Assembly (NCBI RefSeq): GCF_036321535.1
Contig: NC_087437.1
Span: 36,458,001 to 36,522,000, forward strand
DNA from: Camelus dromedarius
Taxonomy: Eukaryota
Length of the DNA stretch: 64,000 nucleotides
Reading direction: 5' to 3'
The position numbers and the translations under genes are program-made. Below the pieces are notes generated by a model that saw nothing but the letters and a program-made list of their open reading frames with translations, ran no database searches and was not told the origin of the DNA. Shown piece after piece: positions 1-13,610 of this stretch (positions are counted from its first letter, which is position 1; each line of letters opens with the position of its first letter).

Positions 1-1172
1 AAACATGTAATGAAAGATCCCATAGATTACAGAACTAAATGTACAACTACAAAACTTCGAGAGGATAACATGGGAAAAAATGTTTATGGCTTTGGTTTAA
101 CCAAAGATATCTCACATATAATGTTAACAGAATGATCAGTGAAAGAAAAAAATGATACATTGGACATCATCAAAATATAAATTTCATCTCTTCAGAAAAT
201 AATTATTTTAAGATAATCAAAAAAACCAGACTGTGAAAAATTATTTGTAATCCATATACTTGATATAAGGGTTGTATCTACAATATATGAAAAACTATTA
301 AACTAAATAAAAGGGAAGGGGGGAAAGCAACCATATAAAAATGGGCAAAATATTTGAATAAGAACTTTGCCACAGAAATATATGGATGACAAACAAGCTC
401 ATGAGTAAATGCTCAATATCATTAAACAGCAGAAAAATAAAAGCTAAAACTACAATTATGTATCTCTATACACATATTAAAATGGCTAAAATTAACATGA
501 TAGACTATACCAACTGTTGGAAAAGATGTACAGGAACCAAAATTCATGTACACTTTTGGTGGTAGAAATGTTAACTCATGTAACCACTTCAGGAAAAAAA
601 TGGCAATTTCCAAAAGTGTAAATATATTAATTATGATCTAGCCATTCCACTCATAGGTATTTGTCCTAGAGAAAAGAAAGTTTACATCTTTAATATTTGT
701 GTATGAATGTTCATAGCGTCTTTATTTGCAATAGCCCCAAACTGCAAAATGTCCAAATATTCATTAACAAATAAATGGATACGGAAAATTGTGGTGTAGT
801 CATACAATGAAACACTAATCAGTAAACAAGAGAAATGAACTATTGAGACACAAAAGAGAATGGACAAATAAAAATGTTAAGCCAAGTGAGATAAGTTAGA
901 CAAGAGAGTACACATTACATCCTCTTTCATATAAAACTCTAGAAAATGCAAACTATAGTGACAAAGAGCAAAGCAGTTGCTGCTTGAGGGAAGTAGATGA
1001 GGAGGGAGAAGGGAATGCGTATAAAAGGGCATGAAGAAACTTTTTAGGGGTAAAAGATATTCTCAGTATTGTAGTTTTGGTGATAATTTTACTGGTGTAC
1101 TCATCTGTCAAAGCTTATCAAATTATAATATGTGCAGTTTATTGTGTGTTAATTATACCTTGGTAAACCTGT
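1..1172 (+). mobile_element. Ancient LINE-1 (L1ME/L1MD-like) fragment: ORF2 3' end and 3'UTR, running off the window start
   Basis: Decayed L1 ORF2 C-terminal motifs (aaaatgggcaaaatatttgaataga; ccattccactcataggtattt; gaatgttcatagc...tttatttgcaatagccccaaactg) followed by an old-L1-type 3'UTR ending ttattgtgtgttaattatacctt. Confidence 0.85.
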
Positions 1173-1465
1173 TACACAATTCATAAGGTAGGCAAGAGAG
1201 GGAGGGGGGCATTTACCTCTACAAGAGGGCTAACTGCTGACTTCAGTTACCTTTGAAGTACTTACTTGTATTGAGGGTCCTTACAATATCAAGAGACATT
1301 AGCTTATCCTTAGATAGTCTAGTAGTTTCTTCTGGTAACTACATGAAAAGATAGGGTTTTTATCAGGTGACGCTTTGTTAATTTACTTATGTGGTGTATT
1401 AAATATAATTAAAAGTAATAATTTTAGATATGTTTATCAAAGTACCTTATTAAAATTTAATGATA

Positions 1466-2298
1466 GCTTCAGTGTCATATTAGTGAAAAAATAGACAAAT
1501 CAATAGAACAGATTAGAGGGCTCAGGAATAGACTCATAAATGCAGTCAATTGTTCTTTGACAAAGGGGTGAGTGCTATAAAATGGAGCAAAGTTTAACTT
1601 TCAAAAAGGGTGCTGGAGCAACTGGACATTTACATGTGAAAGAATGAATCTAGACACAGACCTTATACCCTTCACAAAAATGAACTCCAAATGGATCACA
1701 GACCTAAATACAAAGCTAAGAAACTCCTAATTTTGGTGAATGGATAAACTGTAATATGTATACAGAAATGGAATACTATTCAGTGATAAAAAGAAATGAA
1801 CTATTAAGTCAAGAAAACACATGTAGGACACTTAAATTCATGTAACTGAGTGAGAAAAATTAATATGAACTATATGATTCCAACTACATGACATTCTAGA
1901 AAAGGAAAACTATGGCAACAGTAAAAAGATTAGTCATTGATAGGGGTAAAGGGCAAGGGAGGCATAATAGGCATCAGATAGACAACTTTTAGAGCAGTGA
2001 AGCTGGTGTGTATGATTCTACAATAGTAGATGCACATCATTTTATACATTTGTCCAAACCCAGAGAATACCCAACGTTGAAAGTGAACTGTAATGTAAAC
2101 TATAAACTTTGGACTATAATGATGCATCGGTGTAGATTCATCACTTATAACAAATGTACCACTCTGGTGGAGGAAGTTGATAATGGGGGTAGCCATGTGT
2201 GACTAGGGGGAGGGAGTGGACATAAAATCTCTCTTACTTTCTGATCAATTTTGCTGTGAACCTAAAACTGCTCAAAAAAAAAAAAACAAAGCCTGTTA
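1466..2298 (+). mobile_element. LINE-1 (L1MC-like), 5'-truncated with an internal deletion near 1730
   Basis: ORF2 motifs (ggtgctggagcaactggacatt; gaatctagacacagaccttatacccttcacaaaa) jump directly to an L1MC-type 3'UTR (catttgtccaaacccagagaat...gctgtgaacctaaaactgctc) and an A-tail. Degenerate candidate TSD aaaatttaatgata (1452-1465) / aaaaattgatgata (2299-2312), 12/14. Confidence 0.85.
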
Positions 2299-5200
2299 AA
2301 AAATTGATGATATGGTCTTCTGTCTTAATTTCTATAAACATTTTTATTGTCCTCCAAATTTATAAATAAAATACATTGATGAACATTAAAGATAACACTG
2401 GGTGCCTGATACTGTGCTAAACACTTTCCACACATTGTTGAATATATGCAAAATATGAAATTCTATGTAAATAGGCAACTAGAAAAGTTAACCAATTATT
2501 TATTCCTTAAATCAAAAGTATTTTAGTTCTTACAGTTTTACTTTATAAAAATTCAGAACCTTCATTGGTGTATATTTTTTTTCTTGGAAAAAAAAGTGAA
2601 ATTGTTGTAGGGCATGTATTTTTTTTTCTTTCTTTTTTTATTGTCTACCTACCAGAATTTTAAAAATGCTGTATTTTAATTGTTTACATTTTATTTTAAA
2701 AATATTACTCAGAATTACCTTGTGTTTAAAAATGAATTACTATAGAAAGGAGATATTCTCATTCTTGATGAAAGTGTAAGCTTTTCAAACTCCTTGGTAG
2801 TCTGGTATTATCTACCTAAATATGATAAGCATACCTTATGATTGTATGTTGTATACATGTGACATACACATATATATATGTATATATGGCATAAATAATT
2901 ATTACACTACTTATTGATACATATTTTATAACAGCAATTTATATGTCCTTTAATTGTTAATTTTTTAAATAACATAGTCAAAAGTGGATGCTATCTGGTT
3001 TCTAAATATAACTAGGCGCATTTATCCATCTGTCTACCTATCTACCTTCCACACTTTATATCTTATATTTTGCTATGAAATTAACTACTTCATAGCTAAA
3101 AATAGGAAAAAGAAAGATGTGAAACAGTGTGAAAATATGCTACCATTTGTGTTACAGAAAATAAAAAGACATGTACACACATAATGTAAAAATATAAAAA
3201 ATAAGATATTGATAATGGTTTCTTATGAAGAGAGAAACTGTAACATTGGGGGAATTGAAGGTAAGGGACTTATTTTTAAATCCATATCCTTTTTTACTCA
3301 TTGAATTTTTTTCCATATGTATGTATTTCCTAATAAGTACCCTATGACTGACAAATCATTTGAGGGACATGAAGACATTAAAAAAAAAGAAGTTAATGAA
3401 ACTCAAAGGCAAAGAAATAGAACACTGCTAAGAATTATTACTCTAAAAATATTTCTCCTTAGCAGTTTGGTCAGCAAGTTCACTCATCATCAAGGATAAA
3501 TCAATTTTCAGCAGCTGTAGACAACTATTTAAGTCAAAAGTCTGAATCACTCCAGTGGGAAATAGAGTAAAAGATAACATGCTGGTGTCACTTTGGGATT
3601 TATGTCTGTCTAAGTGAAAGAAACACGTATACCCCTGCGTTTCAAATCTCAGGGGCGAGAATAACCTCCCCATGCTAGGATTGGAATGCTCTTAAATAAT
3701 CAGTTGGAAATTGATAGTTAATTCCTTTGAAAGCACTGAATTCATTCAAAAGTTACACTGTATTTTTTAACCACCAAGGGAAACTTCTTAAGTGAATTTA
3801 ATGTTAGTTAATTTCACATGTTTTAAAACAAAGTTTGAAGATACATCCATAATAATATGGCCAAGCAGTGATAATAAGGATATTTTCATAAATTATATCT
3901 CAGTCAATAAGTCTTTCTGGCCTTGGACATAATATTTATCTTCTTCATGTCTGCAGATGTTTATCTTGCATGGATCATCATTGTCTGTCCAAAGCCAATA
4001 ATTGCGCCTATTTTTCCCATGAGTCTAAAAAATTAATGAGAGCCTGGAAAATAAGGCATGAATAAAGTTTAACTTACCAGTAGTAGTCTACCTTGCTTTT
4101 CCAGGTAGACTTAATCTTTTCACTGTATGAAAATTGCCACCATGTTCTCATCTCATGACAGATGATGTATAACCTGATTCTTTGTAAAAGGAAAAACAAC
4201 AACATGGATTTAAGTAACGGCTAACTCTCTGTCCTTAGCTAATCATTTTACCTTCTGCAATCAGGTTTTGCTAGATCGAGTAAAACTTAAATACTCCCTT
4301 CCTGAGGAAAATACTTGAATATTTTATGATTATAATGAACCAGTATAAATACACAAAGCTAGAAATTAGCTTAGAGTATTTCTTTGTTGCTTTGGTCCCT
4401 GTTCAACATGATGCACAGATATTATCTGCACTGCTCCTGCCTTCTTGATGGTGAAATGTTCAGTAACCTGAATAATCGAGGGCCTCATTGCCAAGTAGAG
4501 CCAGCTCATATGGCTAAGTGAGCATTAGTGGAAGGAATTGTCCACTATCTGCCAATTAGGACTAATTCCAAATCCAAAGAAAAAAGTTATCTTATCATTT
4601 TTATTTTATTCTTTGTTACATAAATTTTTGGTTAATTGGAATATCCGATCACAGCTTTCTCATTTAACACAATGAGATTTCCATTATTATTATTAATTTT
4701 ATAATACATATTTTATAATATAGTATAATTATTTTAGATATCTAAAAATGCTCACAATTTATAAACAAAGAAGGATTATGGTTATAAAATTTATAGATAT
4801 TTCATTTTTCTTTCTTTTAGCTGATATACTGGAAATACACACACATAATTTGATCTGTTCTTCTTAAAAATAAAGGATAATAATCACAGTGTTTTAATTC
4901 TATCTTAGCTCAGAATAAGACAGATCTCGGCTGGACCAGAGGTTTTGGACTCCTCATTTCATTTATAAACCACAGTAATTCTGTGGGGTGAGTTATAGTA
5001 CATACCTCCTAAGAGTTGGTTGTATTGTTATAGGAGATAATGCCCATTGACATGTCTGTTAACAAATGGTAATTGTACTACAAATGGAAGCACTGAGAAA
5101 ATGGAATGAGCTGATTCTAGAAGAAGCTAAATATAGAGCCAGTCCTGCTCCATTCCATTTCTCACACCTCACTTCACATATTCTAACATTCTCCATCCCA

Positions 5201-7451
5201 TCTCCTTCCCCTATATTTTTGTTTTCACCATGGATAAACACCCATCATCATATATAAAGTGGGCTTTCTGTCATATACAGTCTGTCCCATGTTTACCTTG
5301 TCCAGTACAATATACAATTATGGTTACTCCATGGTTGTCTGCACTTCAACCAATGTCCTTAGATCTTTCAACTAGACTATGCCATATCCTATCTGCGTCC
5401 TTTCCTATTTTGTCCCTCATATAGGTGAGCAGGCATGCCTTGTCTATGGGGCGTTATTACACAAGCCTAAAATGCCGCTACTGATTATGGACTCACTGAC
5501 AAGTTCCTTAAAGTTTGCCTGATACCATCTTTTGTCAGAATAAATGGAAATACAAGAAATTTCTTATATGTCCTAACACTAAGAAATATGTATGTAAATA
5601 AAATAAACATACATAAAATATATGAGTATAGTTCATTTAATCTCAGAATGAACAAAAGCAATTATGAATATGAAAAATTGGCAAATAAAACATAAATCTC
5701 ATAATGTAATCACAATGCATAAAATACCACATAAGGCATCTAGAATAATTTAGCATATCTTAAGTCCTTTACTCTTATACAGAAAGAAAAGCGGGGTTTT
5801 CATTAGTACATCTCCAGATATACACACAAAAAATAATGCCAGTAAGAATGCTGACTTGAAATAAAACAGAAATATTGTATTTTAACATTATTTTGCAACA
5901 TCATAAATTTTTTTTTACCAGTTCTCACCAATTTGCAATTACTGTCACTTTGTCCTGTAGAAGTAACAGGCCTGTGCTACAGAGTTCTTTTTGAAATAAA
6001 CTTATATTTTAATGAGGAGCATGAATCTTTTGATATAGTTTCTACTCTTTGGAAAAATTGTTTGCTGTGAATACAAATATTAAACAAGGATATTGAAGAA
6101 ACTACAAGATAATTAATTAAGATCTTCAATTTAATATGCTAGAGAAGTGTTCATCAATCAACATATTTGTATCTGATAAATACTTTACTAATATGTGGTA
6201 TACAAGTAATTCTGTGTCTTGTATAAGAATTGATTGTGAATTGGGTTGATTGAGATAAGCATACCTGTTATGTTTGCATTTTACTGAGGTTCTAGTTCAA
6301 CCAAGCTCTATCAACTACTTAAGGTATTTTCCAATTTAGAATCAGAATAATCTCTTGGAAAACTTTCAAAATATACTGTTCAGCAATAGCTAATTGAAAG
6401 CAAGCGCCATTCAATATAGTTTTTTTTTTCATCCTAAATCAGTCTGATTACTTCCTGAAAGACCTTTACTATATTCTCTGATAAACTGAGCAATTAAAAA
6501 ATGTTACCATGAAAGACATGAAGCTTGCTTGGAAAACATTCATTACTTGTTCTCAGAATAAATAAAAGGAATGTCTGTTGTGACCTTAAAATATATTTAA
6601 AAGAGAAAAATACATTTTCTAGAGGTACTAAGAAGTTGTAATGAATTGTGAAAAGGAAAATTGTAAAATTCTTCTAAAGAATTCTTACATGAAGGCCCAT
6701 TCTACTTTAGCAAGGAGAAAGTAGAAAGATGGTGAAAAGATTTAGTGTAAATGAGCACCATTAATAATCTTAATTACCTGCTGCCTCTGCAGATGTGTAT
6801 ATTAGAGACACCATGCCAGACGGGTTTCACTAAAGCAAGACAAACCCTTGAATCATATAGCCATGAAAAGCAAGCTGTATCATGGAACAAGTTAGTGCTG
6901 ACTTTATCACTGAGATAGACATACTACCAAATTAAAATGCAAATCATGCCATCAATGCTGCATTGCTAGACAACACTCTGCAAAAGAGAGGTGCTCTATG
7001 TGCAAAGTGGCAAATTGCAAGTCCATGGAATGCCCTACGCATTTTGGAAATACATTCAGAGACTAAAACTGTTAATGACGGGCCACATGCTTAAATAACT
7101 ACTTATTTTCTACTTTATTCACTTTAGGATCCTGTATCTAAGAGATTTCCAGAATGCCTTTCAACATTCTTCCTAACTTATTTGCCACCTTAATAGACAA
7201 TTTTTGTTGTTAAATTCAGTGGGAATACAAAGAGCTAATACTATACTATATTGATTTATAGAGATGCATCACATTTAGTTAATAAAAAATTATCTAAAAA
7301 TATCATAATTAAAAAGTAATATATATGTTCCCTCATGCAAAAACATAAACATGAAAAAGAATATAAAAAATGTGATAGCGTCACATTTTTGGAAGCTACA
7401 AAGAAGATGGATGATTGGTTACTGCATGAGGAGACCAACAGAGTGATGCCT

Positions 7452-7592
7452 ATCTTCTGTTTCCTCATCTGTAAAATAAGAGTAATAATAGTACCTATCA
7501 CAAGGGCTTTTTGGAAGAATTAAAGATGTTAATAAGCATAAAGCAGTGGCATGTAGTTATTGCTACACAAGTGTTTGTTGATATCATTATTA
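7452..7592 (+). mobile_element. MIR SINE fragment
   Basis: MIR core tctgtttcctcatctgtaaaataagagtaataatagtacctatc...attaaagatgttaat. Confidence 0.85.
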
Positions 7593-7736
7593 CTGATAGA
7601 GTTTGCATCAGAAGCATTTAGTTAAATGCTTGATTGCATTCTTCATTCCCGTCCCAGCAAGGCAACTGCATCACATGGTCTAAAAAAGGACTTAATCTTT
7701 CCAGAGAAAGTAAACCAAAAAGGTTAATGAAAACTT

Positions 7737-7739
<3 letters not shown>

Positions 7740-7781
<42 letters not shown>
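7740..7781. repeat. (CA)n microsatellite, about 20 units
   Basis: Perfect CA run seen directly. Confidence 0.98.
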
Positions 7782-7783
<2 letters not shown>

Positions 7784-8206
7784 ATATACATATATATAGC
7801 TGACTGTGAGAGAGAGGACTTAATGGAAAGATAAGCTTGAAGTGAAATTCTGCACGCTGAATGTGAGGTCCTTAGCCATTTCAAATATTGGCTTCCTGAA
7901 TGCTAGCAATATTTTTATACCTCCTAGGCAGAAAGTTGGGAAACATTTCTCTAGTTAAAATGACTTGTCAGAAAGAAAAGTTCTGATAAAGAACTCATGT
8001 TTGGAGAAGCTTAAATGACAAAGAAAGAAAAAATCATTAATGGCTTTATGACAGGACAGTGAAACCCACAAGATCAGATCCTTTAACCTTTCTACTCAAA
8101 ACAGAAATACAAGTTCTAAACAATATCTGTTGCCTAACTCATACATAGAAATGAAAGCTGAGGATCACCAAATATTTTTAGAAATTTCCAAACAAAAAAG
8201 GGAGGT

Positions 8207-8580
8207 TGTATTAATTATCTATGGCTGCAATAAAACTTTGTACTAAACCACCTCAAAGTAAGGGAAAACAATATGAAACATGTCTTTCTCATTTACCCAT
8301 CTGGGGACTGAGTGAAGTAGACATGATTTAAGCTACACTTGGCTGGGCTTTGCTCCAAGTTTAGGACTAAGTTACAGGTCTGGTCCCATATCTTTTATTC
8401 TTCTGGGTCAACAGGCTAACCAGAACCTGTCTTATCATGGAAATAGTAGAAGTATAAGAGGGGCAAAACATGATGCCTCTTAAGAGCTAGGCTCAGAAAT
8501 AGCACATTGTGACTACCACCCATATTCTAGTATTGAAAGCAAGTCATATAGCTAAGATTAAAATGAGTAAGGTGGGGAAA
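8207..8580 (-). mobile_element. ERVL-MaLR LTR (MLT1G/H-like), partial
   Basis: Starts tgtattaattatctatggctgc (reverse of the MLT1 terminus) and contains ctaggctcagaaatagcacattgt and aaagcaagtcatatagctaag, typical of old MLT1. Confidence 0.7.
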
Positions 8581-9994
8581 GAGCTTAGCTATTTTCAATT
8601 TAATTCTTATTAATTAAATTGTTTCTCATATACCTACACCTATTATCACTTACCTAGTACACTTGTACACAGTTTTTGTGTTACATATTCAATTTTTGCG
8701 TTTTTCTATTTACATAAAATGTGGTAGTATAATCAAGCCATGTACCATACTATCAATGTATTTCTTCATAGATTATTCTTTGTTTTATCAGTAGTTAATA
8801 ATTGCTTTACTTTACTGATTGCTTTGTGTATCTATGTATGTATCATTACTTTTCATCTCTTTTCTGCCAGATCTCAAAACTCCTATCCATAAGGTAAAAC
8901 ACATTGTATAATCAACTAGTCATTGAAAACGGCTAAAATTGAAATAGAAAAGAAATGGGGGATAACAATATGGTGTTTTAAAATATGGAAGTAGGTAGTA
9001 GAGGAATTAGGAAAAAATAGATAGTTCTGAAAATAGAGAACTAGAGGTGAGGGAGAATGAAGCCATAGAATACTCTGACATTTTAACTTATATGCCACTG
9101 TTTGGATATTTAAACTATGTGTAAGTACTATCTCTAAAAATAGATTGTCTAATTAAAAATATGTGAATTACTAGAAATAAAATTAATTAAATCAACTAAC
9201 TAAAGGAGAGATATTCCAGTCACAGAGACCAGAACACAGAAAATAAGAGAAAAGAATTACAGGTGGCTCTTATTTGCAACTCATCAAGAAAGGAGAAAGC
9301 AAGGCATGCATTGCCAGGTGACCAAACTGATCAGAGACCACCTAACATGGAATTGAGCATGTGCCAGTCTCAATAGTCTTGGCAAGTCCACTTTATGATA
9401 ATGATATTTTGTGGTTTCTCCCACTGATTTTTGGAAAGCAGAAGTACATAGGAACTAATTAAATAATGACTATGCCTGTGCAAATTTTTTTACCTGCTTT
9501 AACTATTGACATTACTAAGAAACAGCACTGTTTTTGTCCTCTGTGTAAACTGGCTAAGACTGGTGATTTGTAGTAGTCTGATTCATTCCTTACGCTTACC
9601 ATCAGCCAGATGCATTGAAACTTCCCTGAAGGAGAGTAGAAATCCAAGAGTTGTTTAATTATATGTTTTCTTTTCTCTTAATCTATCTACTTTTATGATC
9701 TTATTTCCCTTTCCCATTTTCATTTCCTTTTCTTTACCTAATTTCTCTTATTTTTTTCTGTGTCTATTTGTCATGACACTCATGAATGTTTATGCATCAT
9801 TTTTAGGACAAAAACCTAAAGTAAATTATGTGTTATCTCCTTTCTCTGTTGAAGAAATCTGCATTTTTGATTCTTAAACTACTCAACCAAATTTTATTTC
9901 TTTTTTATAGCTAAGAGAAGAGATTCTTACTGATTTGTCTTTATGAAGGAAGAATGAAATGTCTGGGAGCTTTCTAAGAGTAGGGTTGACTATT

Positions 9995-11630
9995 ATTTTT
10001 TAAATTAATAGACTTTATTTTTCAAGAATAGTTTTAGATTTGGAGAATAATTGAGCAGATAATACAGAGTTCCCATATACCATTGGTACCCTCTTCCATA
10101 GTTTCCCTGTAATCAACATTTTGCATTAGTGTGGAACATCTGTTACAATTAATGAACCAATATTGATATATTATTATTAATGAAAGTCTATAGTTTACAT
10201 TAAGGGTCACTCTGTATTGTAGAGTTCTATGGGTTTTGGCCAACATATAACATCTTTTTTCTATCACTATAGTATCATATAGAATAGTTACCACCATAAA
10301 TTTCCCTATACCCTGACTATTTTGACCATCCTTTCCCATCCTCCCTCAAATTCCTAATGAACACTGATTTTTTTAATGTCTCTACAGTTTTGCTTTTTCC
10401 GGAATGCCATACTGTTGGAATAGCACAATATGAAGTCTTCTCAGACTGTGTTCATTTACATAACAATATGCGTTCAAGATTTCCCCATGTTTTTATGTAG
10501 TTTGATTGTTCATGCTTCTGTATTGCAAAATAATAGTCCATTGTATGGATGTACTATAGTTTGTTTCTCCGTTTACCTATTGAAAGGTATTTTGGTTGCT
10601 TCCAAGCTTTGATCAATTATGATAAAGCTTCTAAATATTTAGGTGCTGAATTTTGTGTGGACAAGTTTTCAGTTCAATTGGGTAAATACCTAAAAGTGTT
10701 AAAACTGGGCTATATGCTAAGACTGTCTTTAGCTTTGTAAGAAATTGCTAAACTGCCCTCCAAGGAACTATATCATTTTATATTCCACCAGCAATCAGTG
10801 AGAGTCCTGCTATTCCATATCCTAGCCAGCATTTGGTGCGTTCGGTGTTTTAGATTTTAGCATTATAAAAATGTATAGTGGTAACTTATTGTTGTTTTAA
10901 TTTGCAATTTCCTAATGACATATTTTGAGCACTTTTTCAAATGTATATTTGCCATCTTTATATCCCCTTTAGTGAGATACCTATTTACATTACTTTCCTA
11001 TTTTTTAGTGGGGTTGTTTGTTTTCTTAATGTTGAGTTTAAAGAGTTCTTGTAAATGTTGCATACAAGTTTATATTAGTTTGAGTTTTTCAGAGAAACAG
11101 AACATAGGATGTATGAGGAGATATACTATATAAATTGGCTCATGCAATTATGGAGGCAAGAAGTCCCATGATCTGTCCTTTACAAGCTGGGGAACCATGA
11201 AAGCCAGTGGTGTAATTCAGTTCAAATCCGAAGGCATGAGAATGAGGAGAGCTAATGGTGGAAGTCCTGTCCCAAGTCTAAATACCCAAGGTCCAGGATG
11301 GCCAATGTCCAAGGCAAGTAGAAAATGGATGTACCAAATTCATCCTTCCTCTGCCTTTCAGTTGTACTCAGGCCCTCAAGGGATTGAATGACGCCCAGTG
11401 TGTTGGGGATGAGCAACCTTTACTCAGTTTATCAATTCAAATTCTAATCTCTTCCAAAAACACCCTCACACACACACCCAGAAATAATGTTTTAGGAGCT
11501 ATATGGTCACCCTTTAGCCCAGTCAAGTTGATCTATAACATTAACCATCACAAAATTCTTTATCAGATATATGTTTAGAAAATACTTTCTTCTAGTCTGT
11601 GGCTTGCATATTCATTCTCTTAACAGTGCC
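9995..11630 (-). mobile_element. LINE-1 (L1MC/L1MD-like) 3'UTR and ORF2 end, interrupted by an MLT2 LTR
   Basis: Reverse-strand 3' end ttaatagactttatttt...aattgagcagataatacagagttcccatatac; ORF2-end motifs ttccaccagcaat and gttgttttaatttgcaatttcctaatgac. The sequence resumes in register after 11557. Confidence 0.9.
11071..11552 (-). mobile_element. ERVL solo LTR (MLT2B-like) nested in L1
   Basis: tatattagtttgagtttttcagagaaacagaac...aattggctcatgcaattatggaggc...cccagtcaagttgatctataacattaaccatcaca. 5-bp TSD aagtt (11066-11070) / aaatt (11553-11557), 4/5. Confidence 0.92.
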
Positions 11631-11823
11631 TGATCACAGCTGTGATTCTCTGTATTCACCGAATTCTACAGTTTTGGAGGTGGGAGTTTGCCTTGTGACA
11701 ACACTTCTCTAATTGATCTAAGAATAGTTGTTGATTTTCAGTTTGTTCAGCTTTTTGTTTTTATGAGAATATGAGTGATGACTTCCAAGCTCTTTGCTTA
11801 TCATAACTAAAACCAGAGTTGTC
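11631..11823 (-). mobile_element. 5' terminus of an old L1 (L1MD/L1MC 5'-end-like)
   Basis: gatctaagaatagttgttgattttcagtttgttcagcttttt...gtgatgacttccaagctc...aaaccagagttgtc matches my recollection of the reverse-complemented first ~190 nt of L1MD/MC 5'UTRs. Confidence 0.75.
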
Positions 11824-11975
11824 TTTTCAAAATTTTTCACTACTACTTTTAAAAGACAGACTTCTTAATTCAAGATCACATGGGCTCTATGTCCAAAATA
11901 AAGTAGTAAAACTAAAATAAAAATTATATATTCAGAGGATAATTCAAAGGAGTATTACGTTTCTAATTACATACT

Positions 11976-13610
11976 TCATTTTTTGAGCAGTGTAATATTT
12001 ACAGAAAAATTGAGCAGATAGTACTGAGTTCTTACATACCCTCTCTCCCCTACACACACAGAGTCTCCCCTACCATCAGTATCCTGCAGTGGTGTGACAC
12101 ATTTGTTACAATGAGCTAACACTGACTCAAGCTTTTTAACCAAAGTCAATAGTTTCCATTAGATTTTAACCCTTTTTGTTGTGTATTCTATGGGTTTTGA
12201 CAAATGTATAATGGCAAATACCCACTATTATGGTATTGTACAGAATAGTTTCATTGCCCTAAAAATCCCCTGTGCTCCACTTTTTTCTCTCTCTATCTCC
12301 CCAAGCCACTAGAAAACATTTATCTTTCACATTATCCATAGTTTTGCCTTTCCAGAATGTCATACACTTGGAATCATACATTATGTAGTCATTTCAGATT
12401 GGCTTCTGTAAATTAGCACTATGCATTTAAGAGTCCTCCACTTATTTTTATGGCTTGAGAGTTCACTTATTTTTATCACAGATTAGTATTCCATTGTTTG
12501 GATATATCATAGTTTAGCCACTCACCGACTGAGGAACATCCTAATTGCTTCAAAGTTTTGGCAATTATGAATAAAGCTGCTATAAACATTTGTGAGAAGA
12601 TATTTATGAATACATACATTTTCAACTAATTTGGATAAATACCAAGAAACAAAATTTCTGGATCATATTCTAAGATTATGTTTAATTTTGCAAAGAATAT
12701 ATAACTTTTCTTAAAGTGTCCACTGTTTTACATTCCTGCCACCAAGGAATAAGAATTTTTATGTTCCACATCCTCATCAGCATTTAGTGTTGTCAGAATT
12801 TTGGATTTTAGCCATTTTAATAGGTGTATAGTGATACCTTATTGTTGTTTTAATTTGCATTTCCCTGATAACATATGACGGGTAATATCTTTTCATATAT
12901 TTATTTTCCATCTGCGTATCCTTTTTAGTGAGATGTCTTTTCTGATCTTCCCCATTTTTAAATTGTTTTTTGTTTGTTTGTTTGTTTGTTTGTTCATTTT
13001 CTTTTAAGAGTTTTGTGTATATTTTGGATGCCAGTCCATTATCAAATATATATTTTACAAATATTTTCTTCTAGTCTGTGACTTGTCTTTTCATTCTCTT
13101 AATAGTGTCCTTTTGCAAACAAGATTTTAATTTTAATAAAGTCCAACTTATAAATTTTTTCACTCATGCATCATGCTTTGGTGTTGTATCTAAAAAAGCA
13201 TCATCATATCCAGCATCATCTAGGTTTTCTCCTAAATTATCTTCTAGAAGCTTTATAGTTTTGTGTTTTACATTTAGGTCTGATTCATATCCAGCATCAT
13301 CTAGGTTTTCTCCTATATTATCTTCTAGAAGCTTTATGGTTTTGTGTTTTACATTTAGGTCTGATTCATTTTGAGTTAATTTTTTTTGAAGGGTGCAAGT
13401 TTTGTCTAGTTTTTTTTTTTTTTCAGTACTATTTGTAGAAAGAATTATCTTTTCTCCATTCAGTTGTTTTTGATGTTTTGTCAAAGACGAATTGACTATG
13501 TTGTTGTGGATCTATTTCTGGGCTCTCTGTTGTACTATTGATCTATTTGTCTCTTATTCAGCCAATACTGCAATGTCTTGATCTCTGCAGCTATATAGGT
13601 AGTCTTGAAC
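11976..13610 (-). mobile_element. LINE-1 (L1MD/L1MC-like) 3'UTR and ORF2 end, 5'-truncated, with an internal 81-bp tandem duplication
   Basis: 3' end ttttttgagcagtgtaatatttacagaaaaattgagcagatagtac. ORF 13164-13484(-) translates to L1 ORF2-like DLNVKHKTIKLLEDNIGENL...FLDTTPK. Confidence 0.9.
13204..13365. repeat. 81-bp direct tandem duplication (2 copies, 2 mismatches)
   Basis: Copy 1 is 13204-13284 and copy 2 is 13285-13365; visible as a repeated 27-aa block in ORFs on both strands. Confidence 0.97.

Noticed and set aside
3893..4080. Possible minus-strand exon(s): acceptor-like ttttttag followed by about 44 open codons, with a gtaagt donor nearby
   Set aside because: The peptide (THGKNRRNYWLW...) is unrecognisable and the donor-acceptor spacing is too short for a normal intron.
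7618..7884. ORFs with VCVCVC / HTHTHT runs (also 56844-57181)
   Set aside because: Translations of (CA)n microsatellites.
13204..13365. Direct repeats as a CRISPR array or repeat-protein gene
   Set aside because: Only two adjacent copies with no spacers, inside a mammalian L1 fossil.
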